Virus record (IMG/VR): IMGVR_UViG_3300014204_000137
Coordinates: 1-64,000 of that record
Direction: 5' to 3' (one strand)
Source of the DNA: a virus
Lineage: Duplodnaviria > Caudoviricetes
Length of the DNA stretch: 64,000 nucleotides
Shown here in pieces: positions 1 to 8,465 of the stretch. The translations under genes were made by a program, and so were the position numbers. The notes under the pieces were generated by a model. The model was given only the letters and a program-made list of their open reading frames with translations. It was not told the DNA's origin and did not search any database. The number at the start of each line of letters is the position of its first letter. Within the stretch, counting starts at the first letter, position 1.

Positions 1-1
1 T

Positions 2-745
2 CAAGGTTATCAGGGTTATCAAGGAGGCACTGGTCCTTCTGGTCCTTCAGGCCCTCAAGGTTATCAAGGTATAGATGGTCCTACAGGTCCCTCCGGTGGT
101 CCTACAGGCCCTTCTGGTCCTTCAGGCCCTCAAGGTTATCAAGGTTATCAAGGAGGTACAGGTCCTGTTGGTCCTACAGGCCCCCAAGGTTATCAAGGTA
201 TAGATGGTCCTACAGGTCCCTCAGGTGGTCCTACAGGCCCTTCTGGTCCTTCAGGTCCTCAAGGTTATCAAGGTGCTACTGGTACAACAGGACAGAAGGG
301 AGCCACAGGGCCTACAGGCCCCCAAGGTTATCAAGGTATAGATGGTCCTACAGGTCCCTCAGGTGGTCCTACAGGCCCCCAAGGTTATCAAGGTTACCAA
401 GGAGATCAAGGTTACCAAGGGATTAAGGGAGACCAGGGAGCACAAGGAGCTAAAGGCGACAAGGGAGTTCAAGGAGATCAAGGTTACCAAGGAACTACCG
501 GACCTCAAGGAGTTAAAGGAGATACTGGTTCTACTGGTCCTACAGGCCCTCAAGGTGATCAAGGCGATCAAGGTATTAAGGGAGATACAGGACTTACTGG
601 TCCTACAGGTCCCCAAGGTTATCAAGGTTATCAAGGTATAGATGGTCCTACAGGTCCCTCAGGTGGTCCTACAGGCCCCACAGGTCCACAAGGAGCTAAA
701 GGAGATACTGGTCCTCAAGGTCCTACAGGTCCTGCGGGTACGGGA
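2..745 (+). repeat. Coding tandem/interspersed repeats of the collagen region
   Basis: 56-nt unit caaggttatcaaggtatagatggtcctacaggtccctc(a/c)ggtggtcctacaggccc starts at 56, 185, 323 and 623; many 9-nt caaggttat units. Confidence 0.9.
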
Positions 746-1069
746 ACAATTAGAGTTTTGACTATTGTCTCTCATGCCACGCCTACAATTAATACAGATA
801 ATTATGATGTTGTTACTATTACTGCTTTAGCAGAAGCAATAACTTCAATGACAACAAACTTATCAGGTACACCTGTAAACTTTCAAAAGTTAATTATTAG
901 AATAAAAGATGATGGTACAGCCAGAGCTATTTCGTGGGGAACAGGATTTGAAGCCAAAGGGGTAGCACTTCCAACAACTACAGTAATCTCTAAAGTTTTA
1001 ACAGTAGGTTTTATTTATGACACAGTAACATCAAAATGGGGTTGTGTAGCTTCAGCACAAGAGGCATAA
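2..1069 (+). CDS. Collagen-like (Gly-X-Y) fibre protein, 5'-truncated by the window
   Basis: Frame 2 is open from base 2 ([20 protein letters not shown]...) through the ORF-track segment 758..1069; about 245 aa of GXY repeats followed by a ~105-aa globular C-terminal domain. Confidence 0.9.
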   Translation, partial: QGYQGYQGGTGPSGPSGPQGYQGIDGPTGPSGGPTGPSGPSGPQGYQGYQGGTGPVGPTGPQGYQGIDGPTGPSGGPTGPSGPSGPQGYQGATGTTGQKGATGPTGPQGYQGIDGPTGPSGGPTGPQGYQGYQGDQGYQGIKGDQGAQGAKGDKGVQGDQGYQGTTGPQGVKGDTGSTGPTGPQGDQGDQGIKGDTGLTGPTGPQGYQGYQGIDGPTGPSGGPTGPTGPQGAKGDTGPQGPTGPAGTGTIRVLTIVSHATPTINTDNYDVVTITALAEAITSMTTNLSGTPVNFQKLIIRIKDDGTARAISWGTGFEAKGVALPTTTVISKVLTVGFIYDTVTSKWGCVASAQEA

Positions 1070-2827
1070 ATGAGTTGGACCATTGATAGTCTAGAGTTTA
1101 ATAAAAGAAAAAAAATAACAATAAGTAAAACAAATGTAGCAAGTGGTTTATCAAACTTTCCACTACTAGTAAAGTTATTAGAAGATACTGATTTAGGCCC
1201 TGCATGTAGATCGGATGGATTTGATATACGTTTTACCTCTAGTGACGGGTCCACACTACTACCTCAAGAAAGAGAACTATTTTATAACTCCCCAGGAAAT
1301 TGTTTAATACCAAATGGAACATCTACAAAAGGTACTTTAGCACATAACTCAGCATTTGATTTAACGGGTGGAGGAACAGTTTGTGCATGGATAAAGGATA
1401 CCGGTAGTTCTGACGCGGGATATATATTATCAAAAACAGATTATGCTAGTTCTGGTGGATGGGGATTTTATTGGGAAGCAACAAGCAACGACCTTAGATT
1501 TTATGTTGGAAGCTCTACATCATATGCTTCTAGTGCCGTTTTTTCAGACACGGATTGGGTTTTTGTAGCTGTTACGTGGGATTCGAGTGGGCATATAACT
1601 TTTTATAGAAATGGAGTGACAGCAGGAACAGCAAACAAAGGTTCTGCTATCGGCACAAATTCTATAGGCCTTGTATTAGGTAATCGAACAGGAGGCACGG
1701 CCTCTGCTACTTGGCTTGGAAGTAATTTAGATCAACTAGTAGTTTTCAATCGGGTTTTATCTGCTTCTGAATTAGTTAAAATTTATAATTCTGGTAAAGG
1801 TCTTGCTTTTTCAACCAGCGTCGCACCATTTGATAGTGGTGTTGTAGCATGCTGGGATTTTAATTCGTCTGATGGAACTGATTCTTCTGGTAACGGATAT
1901 TCACTTACTATGACAGACGCAAGTTATGCTACTGGAAATGTCTCAAAGCCCAATAATAGTGCTAATTATATTGGATGGGTACAAGTTCCTTCTGTATCCT
2001 CTGCCTCAGATACAGAAATTTATATGTATTATGGAAATTCTTCTGGTACATCACAAGCTAATCCACAAAATGTTTGGGATAATAATTTTAAAGCAGTATT
2101 CCACGGTAATTCATTAACTGATTCGACAGGTAATACTACACTTACTCCTGTAGCCACATTTGCAGCAGGCTCTATTGGTAAAATTAATAAAGGATTTTTT
2201 TGTGATGGTAATAGCGATGTTGGATATGCTGCGGATGGGGGCGCTACTGATATTTATGGAGCAACTCAAAAAATAACAATTTCTGCTTGGCAAAGACGTG
2301 ATGTAGCTCAAGGAAATGAGTATATTCATTCAATAGTTGCTAAGTATGGCAATGCAACTGGTGCTAGGCAGTATCTATTACAAAGTAGAGAGTTTGATTC
2401 TGATGGAAACGCAGGTACAGCACTAGCTCTCTCTTCGGATGGTGCAACTTCTTCATATACTGTTGGTGCAACAATTCCAGCCACCGGCGCGTGGGCATAT
2501 GTTTCAGGAGTTTATAATAATTCAGATATACGAAGTTACGTAAATGGACTTTTAGATTCAAATGGCGCGAAGAACCCCAAAACATACACTGCAGGAATTT
2601 ATAATGGGGTTGCTTCCTTTTCAATAGGAGCCATGCTCTATAGTGGAGCGTGGGCCTGGTTTTTTAATGGATATATTTGCGAAGTTCGAGTATCCAATAT
2701 AGATCGTTCCGCTGATTGGGTAAAATTTGAATTCTATAATATGAACTCTGCTACGAATGAGCTAACATTTGGTAGTGAGGAAGAACCAACTGCTACTGCA
2801 ACAGGAAATTTCTTTTTATTATTTTAA
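1070..2827 (+). CDS. DUF2341 + two LamG/concanavalin-A-like domains; likely virion fibre/adhesin
   Basis: DIRFTSSDG, WVQVP..IYMYYGN (DUF2341-like); TVCAWIK, WVFVAVTWD, FYRNG, and ISAWQ..WAYVSGVY..YVNG (LamG-like). Confidence 0.75.
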   Translation: MSWTIDSLEFNKRKKITISKTNVASGLSNFPLLVKLLEDTDLGPACRSDGFDIRFTSSDGSTLLPQERELFYNSPGNCLIPNGTSTKGTLAHNSAFDLTGGGTVCAWIKDTGSSDAGYILSKTDYASSGGWGFYWEATSNDLRFYVGSSTSYASSAVFSDTDWVFVAVTWDSSGHITFYRNGVTAGTANKGSAIGTNSIGLVLGNRTGGTASATWLGSNLDQLVVFNRVLSASELVKIYNSGKGLAFSTSVAPFDSGVVACWDFNSSDGTDSSGNGYSLTMTDASYATGNVSKPNNSANYIGWVQVPSVSSASDTEIYMYYGNSSGTSQANPQNVWDNNFKAVFHGNSLTDSTGNTTLTPVATFAAGSIGKINKGFFCDGNSDVGYAADGGATDIYGATQKITISAWQRRDVAQGNEYIHSIVAKYGNATGARQYLLQSREFDSDGNAGTALALSSDGATSSYTVGATIPATGAWAYVSGVYNNSDIRSYVNGLLDSNGAKNPKTYTAGIYNGVASFSIGAMLYSGAWAWFFNGYICEVRVSNIDRSADWVKFEFYNMNSATNELTFGSEEEPTATATGNFFLLF

Positions 2828-2835
2828 GGTATACA

Positions 2836-3828
2836 ATGAAAACTCATAATCACTATCACAACATAATAGAAAAATCAAAATTCGTTCCTACTGATAGAAA
2901 TGAACTACTCTTTAGAAAGACAGTTAAGAGAATGTTTAAAGACTACGAGTACGCAATATTAAAAGGATTGAGTGAAATTAATAATAAGCAAGAAACAAAA
3001 AAGTCACTAGGAGACTTTAATCTAGGAGCAATCTTTTCAATTGCTTTAACTAAAATACAAGGATACGTAAATAAGTTTACAGCAGTAGCTTCTAACTCTG
3101 CTCAACAAGGTGCAGATAAAGCTTATCACGATATGGGTATATCTCTAGCATGGGATATTAATATGACACCCATAGTAGATTTCTACAGAGATCATTATCG
3201 TGAATGGATGAGTGACGTAGTAGGAAAAGGTGTGCAAGAAGAGATCAAAGATGTAATAGCAGAAGGAATAAGAGATGGAGAATCCATAGATGATATCTCC
3301 AAAAAAATAAAAGACTTTTTTGAACATCCAATAACAGTACCTGAACAAGTAGACGAAGAAGGACAAGTAACAAGAAAAGCTTACCAAATAGATAAAGACG
3401 TTTACGCAGAAACTGTAGCACGCTCTGAAGTTTCTGGAGCAGTTAATAACGGAAGACTTTTTGGTTATAGTGAAGGTGGTTTAGTAAAGACTGTACGTTG
3501 GTTTTCAAATCCAGGAGCTTGCGAACTATGTGTAGAAGAACATGGACAAGTTTATACAGTTGCGGAAGCTCAAGGGTTAATTCCAAAGCATCCTAACTGT
3601 AGATGTACTTGGTTGGCGGAAGAATATGGTGAGTATAAAGAGGAAGAAGATAAGCCAAATATCCTTTCGGAGCCAGAAAAAATAGTAGCAGATCCTCACG
3701 GAGTAGGAATCATGGACTTTATGAAGATGACAGAAGAACAGACGAAACAAGTAGAAAAACTTTTAGATAAAGAGCAGTACAAAGAGGCAATTAAGTTAAT
3801 GCATAAGTTTACAGGGTACAAAGGATAA
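2836..3828 (+). CDS. Head morphogenesis protein (MuF / SPP1 gp7 family)
   Basis: IAEGIRDGESID, AETVARSEV, ACELC, IPKHPNCRC motifs. Confidence 0.9.
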   Translation: MKTHNHYHNIIEKSKFVPTDRNELLFRKTVKRMFKDYEYAILKGLSEINNKQETKKSLGDFNLGAIFSIALTKIQGYVNKFTAVASNSAQQGADKAYHDMGISLAWDINMTPIVDFYRDHYREWMSDVVGKGVQEEIKDVIAEGIRDGESIDDISKKIKDFFEHPITVPEQVDEEGQVTRKAYQIDKDVYAETVARSEVSGAVNNGRLFGYSEGGLVKTVRWFSNPGACELCVEEHGQVYTVAEAQGLIPKHPNCRCTWLAEEYGEYKEEEDKPNILSEPEKIVADPHGVGIMDFMKMTEEQTKQVEKLLDKEQYKEAIKLMHKFTGYKG

Positions 3829-3830
3829 AA

Positions 3831-4127
3831 ATGAAAATTCAATATCAGATAGATCCATCTTACAATAGTGAAGAGACTCTTCAAGTAGCAGGTATTCTTT
3901 TAGGAATACTTCTCAAAACTTTTAAAGCACTTAAAGCTTCTGGTAGAAAGTTTGAATCTACTGATTTAGTATTCTGGCCCCTCAATGCTTTTCAAATAGG
4001 AAAGACAAAGAAGTTATTACTTATGTCTAGTCAAAAAGGACAAGTAGCGTTAGAATATATGGATGAGAAGTTTTTAAAAGCATTAGAGGAAGCGCAATTA
4101 AAAGTTTCCAGAGAGGTGGTTTCATGA
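3831..4127 (+). CDS. Hypothetical protein downstream of MuF
   Basis: 98-aa ORF tightly packed between neighbours; ATGA overlap with the next gene. Confidence 0.7.
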   Translation: MKIQYQIDPSYNSEETLQVAGILLGILLKTFKALKASGRKFESTDLVFWPLNAFQIGKTKKLLLMSSQKGQVALEYMDEKFLKALEEAQLKVSREVVS

Positions 4128-5773
4128 ACTATTTCCGTTGCGAGAAATGCAGTAGAGAATTTTGGAACGGTTCAGATAAACTATTCATCTGTCCAATTTG
4201 TAAAGAAAGAGATAGCGTAAAAAGACTTTCTCTTGATTTAGGAAAACCAAAGGTATCTGAAATTTTACAGAATCCAACTATCTTAAGTAAAAGTACTGAT
4301 CAAGAATTACTAGGGAGTCACAAAAAATTTCATAGACTATTTACTGTTCTAAGAAAGATGCCTCACAGAGAAGTTAATTCTTCAGTAGCATCAATTATGG
4401 AAGTTGCTAGTGCGCACACAATTCTAGTAGACGAAATGAGTAAAAGAAAACTACCTCACGTAATTAAAGATACTCTCGATAGAAGTACCAAAAGAGTTTC
4501 AAATAAAAAAGCAGACGTCAAATCAATAGAACTACTCCAAGATTGGAAAGACACTACACTAGTAGAAGATGTAGTCTCTGTTGTAGGATCTTCTTTATAC
4601 AAGGATAACCCCAAAGACGTAGACGTAGTATGCAAGTTTACCGGAGTAAAAGTTATCGAGGACGCAATTAGAAAGGTACTAGAAAAGAAACAATTACCAG
4701 TACATATCATACATGGAAAGTCTCATGGCGAGTACGTTCCCAAATACGACTTGGTACTAAGAGAGAAACCAATTGAGAAAAAACTAGCAATCAAACCTCC
4801 CAAGTACGAATACGTGCATCCACTACAATATGTGGAGAAGACAACTGATACAGAGAAATTTATAGTAGAACCCTACATCAGAGAAGCAAAGAGACTACTG
4901 ATAATTAGGAAGGATGGAAAAGTAACAATACACCTATCGGAACACAAACAACTCTTAAATGAATCCTTCATAAAGAGAATACAATTAATAGAAGAACCAA
5001 AAGACTTCATACTAGATGGACTACTATTAAAGAATGGAACAATAGTACTACAGGATATAATAGAGAAGGACCAAAACAACTTAAAAGAAGATCCATTACT
5101 AAGTAGAAAGACTTTCCTTATAAAGACAAGAATACCAAGGCAGGCAAATATTGCCTTTATTAAATTCAAACTTTGTAAATCAAAAGTAGAGTTAGCACAA
5201 ACCCTAAATGACTATAAGAGTAAGAACCGAGACGCTATTATCAAACCAGCGTATAGTAAGTATGCCTCCAGCAGTGAAAGCGCAGGATGGATGCGTATGA
5301 ATTATGCTCCTCTCGCCAAACTAGACTTGGGGTGCGGATCCCGGAAGGCGCAAGGTTTTGTTGGCTTGGATAAGAAGTCGGGAGTTGGAGTAGACGTTGT
5401 CTGCAACCTAGAGAAAGACATACCCTTCGAATCAAATAGTTGTGCAGAGATTCGCGCTAATCACTTTGTGGAGCATATTTCGAATCCGCAACATATCATG
5501 GAAGAGATCTACCGAGTTCTCATCCACAAAGGAATCGTAACCATTACAGTTCCAGAAGCAAGTACTAAAGGAGCTCAAAAACATCTCGACCACAAATCCT
5601 ATTGGAACGACTTCAGCATGGACTACTATACGGAACCTTACTTGATTAAGAAGTTCCAGACCAAAGCGTACTTCAAAATCAAGTCGTTCAAAAAGAAATC
5701 TTTCTTTACAGGATTTACAAAGCGAATACATCTCACGTGGACGTTGGAGGCGATTAAAAAATATGAATCATAA
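4124..5773 (+). CDS. Multidomain protein: Zn ribbon, His-rich helical domain, Pol-beta-type nucleotidyltransferase, degenerate ATP-dependent ligase-like domain, SAM methyltransferase
   Basis: CEKC..CPIC; VVGSS..KDVDVV; FILDG..QDIIEKD..PLLSRK (ligase-like, no KxDG); LDLGCG..GLD..IPF..HFVEHI..EIYRVL. Confidence 0.7.
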   Translation: MNYFRCEKCSREFWNGSDKLFICPICKERDSVKRLSLDLGKPKVSEILQNPTILSKSTDQELLGSHKKFHRLFTVLRKMPHREVNSSVASIMEVASAHTILVDEMSKRKLPHVIKDTLDRSTKRVSNKKADVKSIELLQDWKDTTLVEDVVSVVGSSLYKDNPKDVDVVCKFTGVKVIEDAIRKVLEKKQLPVHIIHGKSHGEYVPKYDLVLREKPIEKKLAIKPPKYEYVHPLQYVEKTTDTEKFIVEPYIREAKRLLIIRKDGKVTIHLSEHKQLLNESFIKRIQLIEEPKDFILDGLLLKNGTIVLQDIIEKDQNNLKEDPLLSRKTFLIKTRIPRQANIAFIKFKLCKSKVELAQTLNDYKSKNRDAIIKPAYSKYASSSESAGWMRMNYAPLAKLDLGCGSRKAQGFVGLDKKSGVGVDVVCNLEKDIPFESNSCAEIRANHFVEHISNPQHIMEEIYRVLIHKGIVTITVPEASTKGAQKHLDHKSYWNDFSMDYYTEPYLIKKFQTKAYFKIKSFKKKSFFTGFTKRIHLTWTLEAIKKYES

Positions 5774-8144
5774 TTTATATGATAGCGTAATCGCTAAGTC
5801 AACGTTTCATCCAGGTATAAAATTCACACCTCCCCAACCACTCTTTACGTCTGATGACTTTGAAGACGTTTGGAAGAACTGGGCAAAGAAACGAATTAAT
5901 AAAGGACATGTTATAAGTGTGGAAGAAGTATGTGAAGGACAACACTGCATACTACAATGGAATGGATTAGAAGCGTTGGTATACACGTCTGCTTCCCGGA
6001 TTAACCTAGCGAAAAACCATCCTACAGTAGTAGAAGAGTTAAAGAAAATAGGTCCTTGCATACTAGAAGTAAGTTTAAAAGGAAGTTCAATCAAAGCGTT
6101 CGACATCCTATACTACCAAGAACAGAACTTAACTGATCTATCTTTAAACAAGCGTCAAGAGTACTTAGCAAAAGCAATTCAAAATACACTCATAACTAAA
6201 GTAGAAACTCATACAGCAAACTCCAAAGACTCGCTAAAGAAATTAATTAATGGACGACGAGTTATGTTAAAAACGTTAAGCAGTAAGTTTGAATTTGAAG
6301 TTAATCAGAATTGGGTAATGCTAAAAGGTGGAGAAGGTTCAGGACGTTATCCTAAAGGAAGCGGTTCTCCAGAAGTATCAACAGGAGCTAGATTATCTGC
6401 AGATGAAGTAGCTAATTTAAAAGAGGATGCTACTACATTAGAAGTATTACACGGTACTAGTATTCAAGCGGCAGAAAAAATTATAGCAGAAGGAATTCAG
6501 AAACAAAATTATCATAATTATGGAAAAGAATTAATGTATGGAGATCGACTACAAAAAGTCTTCGTTACTCGAAGTAGAGAGTACGCTGGATTTTTTGGTC
6601 GAATGGCTTCTATTGAAGCAAATCCACCCGGGAAGAGAACCTTCGCAGTAGTTAAAGCAAGAATACCTAAATCGTATTTTACACAAAGTGCCCAACCTGA
6701 TACAGAAACTGAAAGTAAATTTAATTATATTCTTCCTGAAGTAAAAAAAGAATGGATCGTAGGTTTTGCTACTTTTCAACGTAGTTTAAGTACCATCATA
6801 TTCTATATACCTATGTCGATAGAAAATGCTCAAAAATTACAAATAGTAATGCCAAAACGAAAAATTAAATTAATAATCAAAAAAGAAAACATCCAGCAAA
6901 TAGTTTCTCTACCAGAATGGCAATCTTTAAGAACTCAACTAATAGGACAATGGAAAGAAAATCCTGCTGCTAGTGTAGGTAAATTAAGAGAGTTTTTAGG
7001 TCCTGTACGAGACGCTAGCGATAGAAAATTAAGAATCATACATAACTACTTAACAGGATCAGGTTTTAGAATTGGAGTTATTTCTCATCCAGCAATAACA
7101 GAATTACTCACTGCGGTACGAAATGAAGTAGTTCGCCGACGCAAAGAAAATAAGATTTCTAAGGGTGGAGAAGGTTCAGGACGTTATCCTAAAGGTAGTG
7201 GGGATCCTGAACCTACAAGTAGTTCATCAACTTCAGGCTTTAGTAGAGATCCATATAAGGAGATGAATACTTTAACAGGGGTAGAAATGGACAACCCAGG
7301 AAAAGTAAAAGTAAAGTTAGAAAAAGGAAAGTTTGAAACTATAAAAAATATTCGAGACATTAAAGGATCGAATCCTGGTATCAATGAAACATACTTTGTA
7401 AAAATTTCTGGAGATGGCGAAGGAGTAGTTAAACCTGGCGACTTAGATATAGTACAAAATGAGGTCACAGCAGATACTGTAGACGACGAATTAGGATTAA
7501 ATATTGTACCCCCAACTACAGCACGTGTAGTAAATATACCTGTAGGACCAGCAGGGGGAATACACGAATCTGATACTCCCGTTTCGCAGCGTAAACCAGC
7601 TACTTCTGGTGAAGAACGCGCTGCTTCTATTCAAGCAAAAGTAAATGATACACAATCATTCACTCAGTTTGAACGTACTGAGATTTGGGGTAAAATGCCT
7701 CTAGGTACGAGACCACAAGGAAAAATGGAAGTTATAGATCCTGTGGATTTTGTCAAACTAGACATTCTAGATAGGGTAATTGGAAATGAGGATAGACATG
7801 GTGGTAACTTTTTAGTAACCAATAAAAAAGATTCAAACGGATTTCATAAGTTAGTCGCAATAGATCACGGTTACTCAATCAGCCAGTTTAATAACCGTTC
7901 TCATTTAGAAGAGATTGGTAATCAAGCGTTACGTGTACCTGGTTTAAAAATAAATCGTTCAGAACTTAACCAACTAAAAGAACATGTTAGATCATTTAAC
8001 TTTGACAACTTATTAAAACGAACCTACGAAGGCAAACCAAAAAATTATTTAGTAAACGCGCGCAAACGAGTAGCTGAGATCAAAAGAGATAGATACTGGA
8101 ACCAAATAGATATTTATATAGCAGGAAAAAGGAGTGCTGCATAA
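5763..8144 (+). CDS. Multidomain protein: degenerate ligase-like domain, ADP-ribosyltransferase-like domain, helical domain, HipA/PI3-4-kinase-like domain
   Basis: AFDILYY..LTDLSLNKRQEYL; LHGTS..IIAEGI..VFVTRSREYA; GVVKP..NEV..LGLNIVPPT..DRVIGNEDRHGGNFL..AIDHGYS; two KGGEGSGRYPKGSG linkers. Confidence 0.7.
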   Translation: MNHNLYDSVIAKSTFHPGIKFTPPQPLFTSDDFEDVWKNWAKKRINKGHVISVEEVCEGQHCILQWNGLEALVYTSASRINLAKNHPTVVEELKKIGPCILEVSLKGSSIKAFDILYYQEQNLTDLSLNKRQEYLAKAIQNTLITKVETHTANSKDSLKKLINGRRVMLKTLSSKFEFEVNQNWVMLKGGEGSGRYPKGSGSPEVSTGARLSADEVANLKEDATTLEVLHGTSIQAAEKIIAEGIQKQNYHNYGKELMYGDRLQKVFVTRSREYAGFFGRMASIEANPPGKRTFAVVKARIPKSYFTQSAQPDTETESKFNYILPEVKKEWIVGFATFQRSLSTIIFYIPMSIENAQKLQIVMPKRKIKLIIKKENIQQIVSLPEWQSLRTQLIGQWKENPAASVGKLREFLGPVRDASDRKLRIIHNYLTGSGFRIGVISHPAITELLTAVRNEVVRRRKENKISKGGEGSGRYPKGSGDPEPTSSSSTSGFSRDPYKEMNTLTGVEMDNPGKVKVKLEKGKFETIKNIRDIKGSNPGINETYFVKISGDGEGVVKPGDLDIVQNEVTADTVDDELGLNIVPPTTARVVNIPVGPAGGIHESDTPVSQRKPATSGEERAASIQAKVNDTQSFTQFERTEIWGKMPLGTRPQGKMEVIDPVDFVKLDILDRVIGNEDRHGGNFLVTNKKDSNGFHKLVAIDHGYSISQFNNRSHLEEIGNQALRVPGLKINRSELNQLKEHVRSFNFDNLLKRTYEGKPKNYLVNARKRVAEIKRDRYWNQIDIYIAGKRSAA
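6327..7195 (+). repeat. Identical 32-bp direct repeat (6327-6358 and 7164-7195)
   Basis: ggtggagaaggttcaggacgttatcctaaagg at both positions, encoding the core of KGGEGSGRYPKGSG. Confidence 0.95.
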
Positions 8145-8413
8145 TGAGATATATCGACTATTACAGTTTAACCGACGACTATAAACTATTACTCATAGAT
8201 AGGATTTATGAAGAAGGTGGATTAATTGGAATGCAATTAAATCCCAAAAGCTCTTTCCTAGTTGATATTAGACGTAGATGCAAAACTCTAGAAGATGTAG
8301 TTAAGAAGATGGGAAGTAGTTATACAGTATTCGGAGTTATCAAAGAAGCACCTCTACCAAGAAAAGTACGACTGATAATACGTAAACCTTATGACCCCAA
8401 TTATAATAAATAA
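8144..8413 (+). CDS. Small protein coupled to the kinase-domain gene (candidate immunity/partner)
   Basis: TAATG stop-start overlap; 89 aa; function is inference. Confidence 0.6.
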   Translation: MRYIDYYSLTDDYKLLLIDRIYEEGGLIGMQLNPKSSFLVDIRRRCKTLEDVVKKMGSSYTVFGVIKEAPLPRKVRLIIRKPYDPNYNK

Positions 8414-8419
8414 ATACAT

Positions 8420-8452
8420 TAAATAACTAAACAGGTAAAAGTGTTTTTATAT
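8420..8452 (+). promoter_or_regulatory. Putative late promoter (TAAA...TGTTTTTATAT)
   Basis: Same bipartite motif at 11505-11536, 26415-26446 and 57686-57717, all upstream of structural/packaging genes. Confidence 0.6.
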
Positions 8453-8465
8453 CAGAGGTAATTCT

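Noticed and set aside
342-641. ORF-track entries 342..641 (+) and 359..634 (-)
   Set aside because: Off-frame shadows of the collagen repeat; the real frame is 2..1069
2-745. Possible CRISPR array
   Set aside because: Repeats are in-frame GXY codons with no unique spacers, and no cas genes were seen
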